NCBI GenBank assembly: GCA_964291675.2
Contig: OZ219866.1
Coordinates: 1,632,001 to 1,696,000 of the forward strand
From: Alphaproteobacteria bacterium
GTDB taxonomy: Bacteria; Pseudomonadota; Alphaproteobacteria; MPNO01
Length of the DNA: 64,000 nt
Direction of reading: 5' to 3'
Shown in pieces: positions 17,619-26,744 of the stretch. The first letter of the stretch is position 1, and every line of letters begins with the position of its first letter. Below the pieces are notes generated by a model that worked only from the letters and a program-made list of their open reading frames with translations, made no database searches and was not told the DNA's origin. The translations under genes and the position numbers were made by a program.

Positions 17619-18245
17619 CTACTTCACCGGCGAGTAGTCCGCGGCGAAGCAGATCTTGCATTCCTGGGTCAGGATCGGGTCCGGCCCGCCGCTTACGTTC
17701 TTGGGCGGCCAGATGCCTTTCTCCCTCGCCTCCTCGCGCACCTCGCGGCGGTGCTCCAGGCTCTCATAGCCCCAGATGTGGACGAACTTGTTGAGCGCGC
17801 CGCATTCGGTGACCATCGCCATGACCAGCGGCGACATCTCGACCCGTTTCTCGATGGCCGTCGACCAGTTCTCGACCAGCGCCGGCTGTCCGTCGGAGCG
17901 CATCGTGTATTCGCGCCACTCGAAGACCGGTCCGAGATCGCCGCTCGCCATCGTCGGGGTGAAGGGCAGCGGGGCGAAGATCTCCGACTGCATGGTCTCG
18001 ATCACGTGCGAGACCTTGGGCGGCCAGTTGGGGTCCTTGGCGGCTTCGACGCGGATCCGCTCGCGCTCGCCCATGTCGGCATAGGGCCAGATGTGGATGA
18101 CCTGGTTGAGCGGCCCGATCTCGGTATAGAGCATCGCGCTGATCTGCGAGTGTTCGCTGCGCGTCTCGTAGCCATCCGCGAAGAGCCGAAGGAATTCCGG
18201 CACCTTGCCGCGCGCGATTCGGTAGCTCCTGGCTTCGTAGATCAT
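17619..18245 (-). CDS. NIPSNAP family protein (two domains)
   Basis: MIYEARSY..TEIGPLNQVIHIWPY, and second repeat VFEWREY..TECGALNKFVHIWGY..YSPVK. Confidence 0.92.
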   Translation of the reverse strand: MIYEARSYRIARGKVPEFLRLFADGYETRSEHSQISAMLYTEIGPLNQVIHIWPYADMGERERIRVEAAKDPNWPPKVSHVIETMQSEIFAPLPFTPTMASGDLGPVFEWREYTMRSDGQPALVENWSTAIEKRVEMSPLVMAMVTECGALNKFVHIWGYESLEHRREVREEAREKGIWPPKNVSGGPDPILTQECKICFAADYSPVK

Positions 18246-18268
18246 CACCGGTCCCTTTCCGTTCGGTG

Positions 18269-19333
18269 TCAGATGAGGCTGTTGCCGGCGAACCGCTGAC
18301 GCCACAGCGGGATCGCATCGGGATTGACGACGTTCTCGGGGATTTCGCCGCGGATCGCGGCGAAGATCGCCTTCTCGACCCAGGGCACCGCCATCTGCAA
18401 GCCGGTGCCCACATTGTTGGAAACCATGTGCGGCGACAGCAGCACCTTGTCGCCGAGCCCGAGCAGCGGGGTCTGCGGGTCGGGCGGCTCTTCCGGCAGC
18501 ACGTCGAGCGCGGCGGCGGCGAGCCGGTCCGATTGCAGCGCGTCGAACAGCGCGTCGATGTCGACGATGGGGCCGCGCGCGGTGTTGATCAGCACCGCGC
18601 CCGGCTTCATCAGCGCGAGCTCGCGCGCCCCGATCAGCCCCTCGGTCTCCGCCGTCAGGTTGCAGTGGATGGTCACCACGTCGGCTTCCGACAGCAGCGC
18701 GTCCAGCGGCGTGCGGCGGACGTTGTGGGTGGCGAAGCGCGCCTCCTCGGCATAGGGGTCGTGGCCCGAGAGGCGCACCCGCCAGGGCGCCAGCAGGTCG
18801 GCGACGCGCGAGCCGATGCGCCCCAGCCCGACGATGCCCACCGCGATGCCCGGGTAGTCGTCGATGTGCCGCGCGCCGAGATAGGTGCCCATCAGCGACG
18901 GGTCGCGCCAGCGCCCCTCCTTCACGCTGCGGTCGCGCTCGCGCACCTTCTTGAGCAGCGCCAGGATGAAGGTGACCGCCCCTTCCGCGACCCCGCCCCA
19001 GTTGCTCTCCGTCGGGCTGTTGACGACGAGGATGCCGAGATCGGTCGCCGCCGCCTCGTCCACATTGTCGTAGCCGACCGAGTACTTGGCGATCAGCCGC
19101 AGATCCGGTGCGGATTCGAGGGTGCGGCGGGTCAGCGCGTTGAGCCGGTTGGCGACCCCGGCGGCGGCAACCGTCGACGGGGCGAAGACCAGCTCGGTCG
19201 TGGCGCCGGAGCGGTTCGCCGTCTGCGACCAGGGCTCGTCGGGGATCTGGACGTCGAGCCCCGCCGCGCGCAGTCGCTCGTAGGAGCCGCCGGTCGCGTC
19301 GACCGCGGCATAGATGTGGATCCTGGGCTGCAC
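18269..19333 (-). CDS. D-isomer-specific 2-hydroxyacid dehydrogenase (SerA-like)
   Basis: VGYDNVD, GIVGLGRIG, LINTARGPIVD, LDVLPEEP, SPH. GTG start estimated. Confidence 0.9.
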   Translation of the reverse strand: MQPRIHIYAAVDATGGSYERLRAAGLDVQIPDEPWSQTANRSGATTELVFAPSTVAAAGVANRLNALTRRTLESAPDLRLIAKYSVGYDNVDEAAATDLGILVVNSPTESNWGGVAEGAVTFILALLKKVRERDRSVKEGRWRDPSLMGTYLGARHIDDYPGIAVGIVGLGRIGSRVADLLAPWRVRLSGHDPYAEEARFATHNVRRTPLDALLSEADVVTIHCNLTAETEGLIGARELALMKPGAVLINTARGPIVDIDALFDALQSDRLAAAALDVLPEEPPDPQTPLLGLGDKVLLSPHMVSNNVGTGLQMAVPWVEKAIFAAIRGEIPENVVNPDAIPLWRQRFAGNSLI

Positions 19334-19359
19334 CGCGCGGCTCGTCTCGACGGTTGACG

Positions 19360-19743
19360 CTACGACTCGTCCGGGATGTCGGAGACATGCGCGGACACGA
19401 TCCGCCAGCCCTCCTCCATGCGGACCCAGCACTGGCTCTGGCGGCCGACGATGCCGCCGGGCCGCGTCGACTCGGTATCCGCCATCGCGAAGTCCCGCCC
19501 GAAGGTCTTGATCACCGTGTTGCGCAGCGTCCGTTCGACGCCCGCGATGTTGCGGTTGCGGCGGAACCGGTCGATCGCGCGGTGGCCCAGCAGCGTGCCG
19601 TTAGGGCCGTAGCGCAGGGTGAGCGGGCTGTCCCAGAACAGCTCCGCCAGGGTGTCGACGTCGTTCGTCCCGAGCGCCTTCTCGTAGCGCTCGAACGCCG
19701 CCGTCACCTCCGCCACCACCTCGGGGATGTTGACCTCCTGCAC
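19360..19743 (-). CDS. AtzH-like / HpxZ (DUF3225) protein
   Basis: NIPEVVAEVTAAFERYEKAL..LFWDSP.TLRYG..GRQSQCWVR..WRIVSAHVS. Confidence 0.9.
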   Translation of the reverse strand: MQEVNIPEVVAEVTAAFERYEKALGTNDVDTLAELFWDSPLTLRYGPNGTLLGHRAIDRFRRNRNIAGVERTLRNTVIKTFGRDFAMADTESTRPGGIVGRQSQCWVRMEEGWRIVSAHVSDIPDES

Positions 19744-19889
19744 CTTCCCCACAACGCCCCTCCGCCTTTGCCTGCCCCGGCGCAAGGATGTCGCGATAGC
19801 CCCGCCGGTTCAACCGGGCGTCCGCTTGTCAGGGCGGCGGCGCGGCTGCATGCTCGGCGCCGCGACGGGGATCGGGGGTTGCAGGCGCC

Positions 19890-21275
19890 GTGGAAGAGCA
19901 GACACTGAGAGGCTTCATCGACAAGGTGGAGAAGGCGGCGCCGGACGAGATCCTGCGCATCGCCGAGCCGGTTCGCCGCGAGCTCGACATCACCTCGACC
20001 GTGTTCGAGCTCGAACGCGCCGGGCGCAGCCCGATCGTGGTCTTCGAGCGGGTCGAGGGGTTCGACATGCCCGTCGTCACCAACGTCGCCGGCAACCGGA
20101 GGCTGCTCGGGCTCGCCCTCGGCGTCGCGCCCGAGGACCTGCCCGGCGCCTATCGCGAACGCTGCCAGAACTACCTGCCGGTGGAGCGCGTGGCCGACGC
20201 GCCGTGGCAGGATGTGGTGCTCGAGGGCGACGATGTCGACCTCACCAGGCTGCCCATCCCGCTCCATTTCGGGGTGGACGCCGCGCCCTATATCACCGCC
20301 GGGCAGATCGCCGCGCGCGATCCCGAGACCGGGGTCGACACCACCGGGTTCCACCGCCTGATGCTGCGCGGGCGCGACCGGCTCGGGCTGTCGCTCCATT
20401 CGCGGCGGCGCATGTACGAATACCACCGCCGCGCGGAGGAGCGGGGCGAAGCGCTGCCGGCGGCCATCACGCTCGGCATCCACCCGGTGCATTACATGGG
20501 CTCCATGGCCTATCACTACCCGCCCGGCGTGCGGAAGGTGGAGATCATCGGCGCGCTGTTCGGCGAGCCCTACCGCGTCGCAAGCTGCGGGACGTCCGAG
20601 CTCGACGTTCCCTGGGGGGCGGAGATCGTCATCGAGGGCAGCATCCTCGCCGGCGTCCACGAGCCCGAGGGTCCGTTCGGCGAGTTCACCGGATACGCCT
20701 CCTACCGCTCGACCGAGAACGTGTTCGTCGCCGAGCGGATCCAGATGCGCGGCGACGCGATGTTCCATTCGGTTGCCTCGGGCACCGCTCCGGACCACAT
20801 CCTGATCTCCAGCATTTCGCGCGAGGCGGAGATCCTCAACGCGTTGCGCCGCAACCTTCCCAACGTGCGCGCGGTCCACGTGCCGACCGCCACCGTGGGC
20901 GCGCTGATGGCCATCGTCTCGATGAAGAAGACCGCCGAGGGCCAGCCGCGCCAGGCGATCATGAGCGCGCTCGGCACCGAGTTCTATGTCAAATGCGTCG
21001 TCGTGGTGGATGACGATGTCGACGTGTTCGATCTCTCCGACGTGATGTGGGCGGTGATCACGCGGACCCGGGCGGAGAGCGACGTGATCTACATCCCGGG
21101 CGCGATGGGTGCGATCCTCGATCCGACCTCCGACCCGGAGACCCACACCGTCACCAAGGTCGGCATCGATGCGACCAAGCCGGCGGGGCGCGACTTCGCG
21201 GAGCGGCTGACCATCGCCGACGGGCAGCGCGCCCGGGTGCGCGAGATTCTCGCGCGCGCCGGCATGCGTATCTGA
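19890..21275 (+). CDS. UbiD family prFMN-dependent (de)carboxylase
   Basis: DLTRLPIP, GFHRL, EGPFGEFTGY, VVVDDDVD, KVGIDAT. Confidence 0.92.
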   Translation: MEEQTLRGFIDKVEKAAPDEILRIAEPVRRELDITSTVFELERAGRSPIVVFERVEGFDMPVVTNVAGNRRLLGLALGVAPEDLPGAYRERCQNYLPVERVADAPWQDVVLEGDDVDLTRLPIPLHFGVDAAPYITAGQIAARDPETGVDTTGFHRLMLRGRDRLGLSLHSRRRMYEYHRRAEERGEALPAAITLGIHPVHYMGSMAYHYPPGVRKVEIIGALFGEPYRVASCGTSELDVPWGAEIVIEGSILAGVHEPEGPFGEFTGYASYRSTENVFVAERIQMRGDAMFHSVASGTAPDHILISSISREAEILNALRRNLPNVRAVHVPTATVGALMAIVSMKKTAEGQPRQAIMSALGTEFYVKCVVVVDDDVDVFDLSDVMWAVITRTRAESDVIYIPGAMGAILDPTSDPETHTVTKVGIDATKPAGRDFAERLTIADGQRARVREILARAGMRI

Positions 21276-21358
21276 GCCCGCCCGAGTCCCCGCCGGCTTG
21301 CGCGCATGCGCGGCGCGAGCCATCCTCGCCCGTCCCGGATCCCGCAAAAGGATGAATC

Positions 21359-22762
21359 GTGCGCGCCAGGTTCAAGTCGCGGGCGGACGCCAGCACCGTC
21401 CCCATCGTCCCGATCGAGAAGGATGTCTTCGACGCCTGGCTCGCCGACCAGCCGGCCGGCACCCGCGCCTGGGTGGAGAGCACGGGCTTCAAGGCCGCGC
21501 CGCGCAGCCTGAGCCTGGTCGCGGGCGAGGACGGCGCGCTCGCCAGCGTCCTGTTCGGGGTCGAGGCGCATGACGATTTCTGGGCCTATGCCGATCTTCC
21601 GGGCCGGCTGCCCGCCGGCAGCTACCGGATCGACGCGCGGATGGAGCACGGAGCCGCCACCGGGGCGGCGCTCGGCTGGGCGCTCGGCTGCTACGCCTAT
21701 GACCGCTATGCCGCGAAACGGTCGGCGCCGGTGCCGGCGCTGGTCTGGCCGGCGGGCGCCGACCGCGCCCATGTGCGGAGCGCGGCGGAGGCGACGACCA
21801 CGATCCGCGACCTGATCAACACCCCGGCCAGCGATATGGGCCCGGCCGAGCTCGCCGCCTCGGTGCGCAGCGTGGGCGAGGCGAAGGGCGCGGAGGTCGC
21901 CGAGATCAAGGGAGCCGGGCTGCTCCGCCGGGGCTATCCGACGGTTCACGCCGTGGGGCGGGCGAGCGCCAACGCGCCCCGGCTCATCGACCTCCGCTGG
22001 GGTCGCGCCGACGCGCCCAAGGTGACGCTGATCGGCAAGGGGGTGTGCTTCGATTCCGGCGGGCTCGACATCAAGCCGGCAAGGGGCATGCTGCGTATGA
22101 AGAAGGACATGGGCGGCGCGGCGCATGTCCTGGGGCTCGCCCAGATGGTCATGGCGGCCGGCCTCGACGTCAGGCTGCGCGTGCTGGTTCCCGCCGTGGA
22201 GAACAGCATCTCCGGCAACGCGCTGCGCCCGCTCGACATCGTCAGGACGCGCAGCGGAATCGCCGTCGAGGTGGGCAACACCGACGCCGAGGGCCGGCTC
22301 ATCCTGTGCGATGCGATCACCGAAGCGGAGAGCGAGGGGCCGGACCTGCTGATCGATTGCGCCACGCTGACCGGCGCGGCGAGGGTCGCGCTCGGGCCGG
22401 AGCTGCCGGCCTTCTTCTGCAACGACGATGCGCTCGCCGAGGCGCTCGCGAGCGCGGGGGAGGCGGTGTCCGACCCGCTCTGGCGCCTGCCCCTGTGGCG
22501 GCCCTATCGGCGGATGCTCGACAGCAAGACCGCCGATATCAACAACGTGTCGGAAGGCGGCATGGCCGGCGCCATCACCGCGGCGCTCTATCTGCAGGAA
22601 TTCGTGAACGGAACGACCCCCTGGATCCATCTGGACGTCATGGCCTGGAACCTCACCGCCCGTCCCGGTCGCCCGGTCGGCGGCGAGGCGCAGGGCGTGC
22701 GCGCGCTCTACGCCCTGATCGAGTCCCGCTTCGGGGGCGAAGGGCGGCCGGCGAGCGGCTGA
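21359..22762 (+). CDS. M17 leucyl aminopeptidase (PepB-like)
   Basis: GKGVCFDSGGLDIK, MKKDMGG, NTDAEGRL, ATLTGA. Confidence 0.95.
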   Translation: MRARFKSRADASTVPIVPIEKDVFDAWLADQPAGTRAWVESTGFKAAPRSLSLVAGEDGALASVLFGVEAHDDFWAYADLPGRLPAGSYRIDARMEHGAATGAALGWALGCYAYDRYAAKRSAPVPALVWPAGADRAHVRSAAEATTTIRDLINTPASDMGPAELAASVRSVGEAKGAEVAEIKGAGLLRRGYPTVHAVGRASANAPRLIDLRWGRADAPKVTLIGKGVCFDSGGLDIKPARGMLRMKKDMGGAAHVLGLAQMVMAAGLDVRLRVLVPAVENSISGNALRPLDIVRTRSGIAVEVGNTDAEGRLILCDAITEAESEGPDLLIDCATLTGAARVALGPELPAFFCNDDALAEALASAGEAVSDPLWRLPLWRPYRRMLDSKTADINNVSEGGMAGAITAALYLQEFVNGTTPWIHLDVMAWNLTARPGRPVGGEAQGVRALYALIESRFGGEGRPASG

Positions 22763-22778
22763 GGGGTTGGCCGGGGCC

Positions 22779-22889
22779 GTCCTTCGATACGCCTCCTTCG
22801 GGGACTGCTCAGGATTAGGGTGGGGTGTGGGCTGCCCCCAGCAACCCTCCCTCATCCCGAGTAGGCGCGCAGCGCCGTATCGCGGGACG
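22779..22889. repeat. REPIN-like element family A, copy 6 (degenerate)
   Basis: GTCCTTCGATACGC..CTGCTCAGGATTAGG ... CCTCATCCCGAGTAG..GTATCGCGGGAC between convergent genes. Confidence 0.8.
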
Positions 22890-22897
22890 CTTTCGCC

Positions 22898-24526
22898 TTA
22901 CGTCGCCACCGCGTCGGTCTCGACCGCCTCGATGTCGAAGGCGGCGGCGATCAGCGCCCTGGTATAGGGCTCGGTCGGGGTCTCGAAGATGCGCTGCGTG
23001 CTGCCCTGCTCGACGACGCGGCCGTGGCGCATGACGATCACCTCGTCGGCCAGCGCGCGAACCACCTTGAGGTCGTGGCTGATGAACAGATAGGCGAGGC
23101 TGTGGCGCTCCTGGAGCGCGCGCAGGAGGTCCACGATCTGCGCCTGGATCGACATGTCGAGCGCCGATGTCGGCTCGTCCAGCACGATGAAACGCGGCTT
23201 GAGCGCGATGGCGCGGGCGATGGCGATCCTCTGGCGCTGCCCGCCGGAGAACTCGTGCGGATAGCGGTCCTGGGAATCGGGGTCGAGCCCGACCTCGACG
23301 AGCGCATCGGCGATCGCCGCCCGCCGTTCGTCGTAATCGCCCGCCATGCCGTGGACGACGAGGCCCTCCTCGATGATCTGGCCGACCGAGAACCGGGGCG
23401 AGAGCGAGCTGTACGGGTCCTGGAAGACGATCTGCATTTCGCGCCGCAAGGGACGGAGATCGGACCAGCTCATGCCGCTGATGTCGCGCCCGCGGAAGCG
23501 GATCGGCCCGAGGCTCTTCTCGAGCCGCAGCAGCCCCAGGGCGAGGGTGGTCTTGCCCGACCCGCTCTCGCCGACGACCCCCAGCGTGCGGCCCTCGCGC
23601 ACGGCGACCGAGACCCCGTCCACCGCCTTGATGTGGCCGACGACGCGGCGCAGGATGCCGCGCTTGACCGGGAACCACACCTTCAGATCCTCGGCCGTCA
23701 TCACCGCCCCGGCCTCGCCGTCGGCGGCGACCGGTCTTCCCTTCGGTTCGGCGGCCAGCAGGTGGCGGGTATAGAGGTGCTGCGGGCTTTCGAAGATTTG
23801 CGCCGTCGGGCCGGTCTCCACGATCTCGCCCTCGGTCATCACGGCGACGCGGTGCGCCACCTTGCGGACGATCCCGATATCGTGGGTGATCAGCAGGATC
23901 GCCATGCCGCGCTCGCGTTGCAGGTCGGCGAGCAGCTTGAGGATCTGCGCCTGGATGGTGACGTCGAGCGCGGTCGTCGGCTCGTCGGCGATCAGTAGCT
24001 CGGGATCGTTGGCGAGCGCCATGGCGATCATCACCCGCTGGCGCTGCCCGCCCGAGAGCTGATGGGGGTAGGCGTGGAGCCGGCTCTCCGCTTCTGGCAG
24101 GCCGACCTGGTTCAACAGGTCGACGATCCGCGAGCGCGCCTCCGCGGGGGGGAGGCCCTTGTGGACCTTGAGGATCTCGCCGATCTGCTTCTCGATCGTG
24201 TGCAGCGGGTTGAGCGAGGTCATCGGCTCCTGGAAGATCATCGCGATCCGGTTGCCGCGCACGCTCCGCAGCAGCGGCTCCGGACACCCCATCAGCTCCT
24301 CTCCGGCGAAGCGGATACTGCCGCTCGGGTGGTGGGCGAGCGGGTAGGGCAGGAGCTGGAGGATCGACAGCGCCGAGACCGACTTGCCCGAACCGCTCTC
24401 GCCCACCAGGGCGAAGGTCTCGCCGCGGCCGATGGCGAAGGAGATGTTGCGGACCGCGCGAACCTCGCGCTCGCCCGTGCCGAAGGATACCGAGAGGTCG
24501 TCCGCCGCGAGCAGGGTGCCGTCCAT
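22898..24526 (-). CDS. yejF: Peptide ABC transporter ATPase, two NBDs (YejF)
   Basis: Two GESGSGK Walker A motifs and two SGGQRQR signatures; start MDGTLL. Confidence 0.9.
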   Translation of the reverse strand: MDGTLLAADDLSVSFGTGEREVRAVRNISFAIGRGETFALVGESGSGKSVSALSILQLLPYPLAHHPSGSIRFAGEELMGCPEPLLRSVRGNRIAMIFQEPMTSLNPLHTIEKQIGEILKVHKGLPPAEARSRIVDLLNQVGLPEAESRLHAYPHQLSGGQRQRVMIAMALANDPELLIADEPTTALDVTIQAQILKLLADLQRERGMAILLITHDIGIVRKVAHRVAVMTEGEIVETGPTAQIFESPQHLYTRHLLAAEPKGRPVAADGEAGAVMTAEDLKVWFPVKRGILRRVVGHIKAVDGVSVAVREGRTLGVVGESGSGKTTLALGLLRLEKSLGPIRFRGRDISGMSWSDLRPLRREMQIVFQDPYSSLSPRFSVGQIIEEGLVVHGMAGDYDERRAAIADALVEVGLDPDSQDRYPHEFSGGQRQRIAIARAIALKPRFIVLDEPTSALDMSIQAQIVDLLRALQERHSLAYLFISHDLKVVRALADEVIVMRHGRVVEQGSTQRIFETPTEPYTRALIAAAFDIEAVETDAVAT

Positions 24527-24534
24527 CGCCCTTC

Positions 24535-25599
24535 CTACTCGTTCACCGTCTTGCGCGGATCGAACGCGTCGCGCACCCCCTCGCCGACGAAGATCAGCAG
24601 CGAAAGCGTGACGACGATCGTCAGGCTCGCGGTGACCGCGAGCCACGGCGCCTGCAGGTTGGCCTTGCCCTGCGCCAGCAGCTCGCCCAGCGAGGGCGAG
24701 CCGGGCGGCAGCCCGAAGCCGAGGAAATCGAGCGCGGTCAGGCTGGTGATCGAGCCGGTCAGGATGATCGGCAGGAAGGTCAGCGTGGCGACCATCGCGT
24801 TGGGCAGCACGTGCCGGCGCATGATGGTGAAGTTGCTCACCCCGAGCGCGCGCGCCGCCCGGACATAGTCGAAATTGCGCGCGCGCAGGAATTCCGCCCG
24901 CACCACGCCTTCGAGCGCGGTCCAGCCGAACAGCACCATGATGCCGAGCAGCCACCAGAAATTGGGGGTCACGATGCTGGCCAGGATGATCAGCAGGAAC
25001 AGGGTGGGCAGCCCCTGCCAGACCTCGATGAAGCGCTGGAAGGCGAGATCGGTCCAGCCGCCGAAATAGCCCTGCGCCGCGCCCACCGCCACGCCGATGA
25101 TCGACCCCAGCACGGTGAGCGAGATACCGAACAGGACGGAGATGCGAAACCCGTAGATCGCGCGCGCCAGCACGTCGCGCGCCTGGTCGTCGGTGCCCAG
25201 CCAGTTGTCGCCCGACGGCGGCGCCGGGGCGGGCTGCTCGAGGTCGTAATTCACCGTCCGGTAGCTGTAGGGGATCAGCGGCCAGACCATCCAGCCGCCC
25301 TTGTCCCGGATGAGCTGCTGGACGTCGGGTTCGCGGTACTCCGCCTCGGTCTCGAAATCGCCGCCGAAGGCGGTCTCCGGGTAGGTCGCGAAGACCGGGA
25401 AGTAGTACCCGCCCTCGTACTGGATCAAGAGCGGCTTGTCGTTGGCGAGGAACTCGGCCGGCAAAGTGAGAGCGAACAGCGCGAGAAACACCCAGAGCGA
25501 GACGAAAGCGCGGCGGTTGTTGCGGAAATTCCTCAGCCGCCGCCGTGTGAGCGGCGTCAGCCGTGCCCCGAAGGCCCGGTCTGCGCCGCCGTCAGCCAC
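24535..25599 (-). CDS. yejE: Peptide ABC transporter permease (YejE)
   Basis: EFLANDKP, YPETAFGGDF, WLGTDDQARDV, RAEFLRARNFDYV. Confidence 0.92.
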   Translation of the reverse strand: MADGGADRAFGARLTPLTRRRLRNFRNNRRAFVSLWVFLALFALTLPAEFLANDKPLLIQYEGGYYFPVFATYPETAFGGDFETEAEYREPDVQQLIRDKGGWMVWPLIPYSYRTVNYDLEQPAPAPPSGDNWLGTDDQARDVLARAIYGFRISVLFGISLTVLGSIIGVAVGAAQGYFGGWTDLAFQRFIEVWQGLPTLFLLIILASIVTPNFWWLLGIMVLFGWTALEGVVRAEFLRARNFDYVRAARALGVSNFTIMRRHVLPNAMVATLTFLPIILTGSITSLTALDFLGFGLPPGSPSLGELLAQGKANLQAPWLAVTASLTIVVTLSLLIFVGEGVRDAFDPRKTVNE

Positions 25600-26710
25600 C
25601 GCGCACCTCGAAATCGATGCGCGGGTCGACGACCGTGTAGGTGAGGTCGCCCACCAGCCGCAGCACCAGCCCGAGCAGGGTGAAGAAATAGGTGGTCGCG
25701 AAGACGATCGGGTAGTCGCGCTTGATCAGCGCCTCGAAGCCGAGCAGGCCGAGCCCGTCGAGCGAGAAGATCACCTCGATCAGCAGCGAGCCGGTGAACA
25801 GGATGCCGACGAAGACCCCGGGAAAGCTGGCGATCACGATCAGCATCGCGTTGCGGAACACGTGGCCGTAGAGCACGCGGCGCTCGGTCAGCCCCTTGGC
25901 CCGGGCCGTGAGCACGTATTGCATGTTGATCTGGTCGAGATAGGAATTCTTGGTCAGCAAAGTGAGCGCGAGAAAGCCGCCCGCCACCAGCGAGACCAGC
26001 GGCAAAGCGAGGTGCCAGAAATAGTCGGCGATCTGGCCGAAGAAGCCGAGCTCGTCGAAGTTCTCCGAGGTCAGGCCGCGCAGCGGAAACCAGTCGAGAA
26101 AGCTGCCGCCCGCGAAGAACACGATCAGCAGCACCGCGAGCACGAAGGAGGGCGTGGCGAAGCCGATGGTCATGACGATCGTCGTCCACAGGTCGAAGCG
26201 CGTCCCGTCCCTGACCGCCTTGCGGATGCCGAGCGGGATGCAGACCAAATAGAGGATCAGCGTCGACCAGAGCCCGAGCGAGATGGAGACCGGCATTTTC
26301 TCCAGCACCAGGTTGACCACCGTCTCGTCGCGGAAATAGCTGGTGCCGAAGTCGAAGGTCACGAAGTTTCCCATCATCAGCGCGAAGCGCTCGTGCATCG
26401 GCTTGTCGAAGCCGAACTGCTCTTCGAGCTGGGCGATGAACTCGGGGTCGAGCCCGCGCGCGCCGCGATACTTGCTGGTCACCGCCGAGGATGCCGCGTC
26501 GGCCTGCGCGGCGGACGGCGAGGCGCCGGTCTCGGTGCCGCCGCCCCCGCCGAACCGGCTGGTCGGCGCGACGCTGGTGCCGGTCACCTGAGCGATGATC
26601 TGCTCGACCGGCCCGCCGGGCGCGACCTGGATGATCAGGAAGTTGATGACCATGATCCCGAGCAGCGTCGGGATCATCAGCAGCAGCCGCCGGACGATAT
26701 AGCTCAGCAT
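25592..26710 (-). CDS. yejB: Peptide ABC transporter permease (YejB)
   Basis: RRLLLMIPTLLGI, APGGPVE, KYRGARGLDP, FSLDGLGLLG, DPRIDF. Confidence 0.93.
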   Translation of the reverse strand: MLSYIVRRLLLMIPTLLGIMVINFLIIQVAPGGPVEQIIAQVTGTSVAPTSRFGGGGGTETGASPSAAQADAASSAVTSKYRGARGLDPEFIAQLEEQFGFDKPMHERFALMMGNFVTFDFGTSYFRDETVVNLVLEKMPVSISLGLWSTLILYLVCIPLGIRKAVRDGTRFDLWTTIVMTIGFATPSFVLAVLLIVFFAGGSFLDWFPLRGLTSENFDELGFFGQIADYFWHLALPLVSLVAGGFLALTLLTKNSYLDQINMQYVLTARAKGLTERRVLYGHVFRNAMLIVIASFPGVFVGILFTGSLLIEVIFSLDGLGLLGFEALIKRDYPIVFATTYFFTLLGLVLRLVGDLTYTVVDPRIDFEVRGG

Positions 26711-26744
26711 CCCAAGGGAGGTCCGCCGGACCCTGCCGTTGCCG

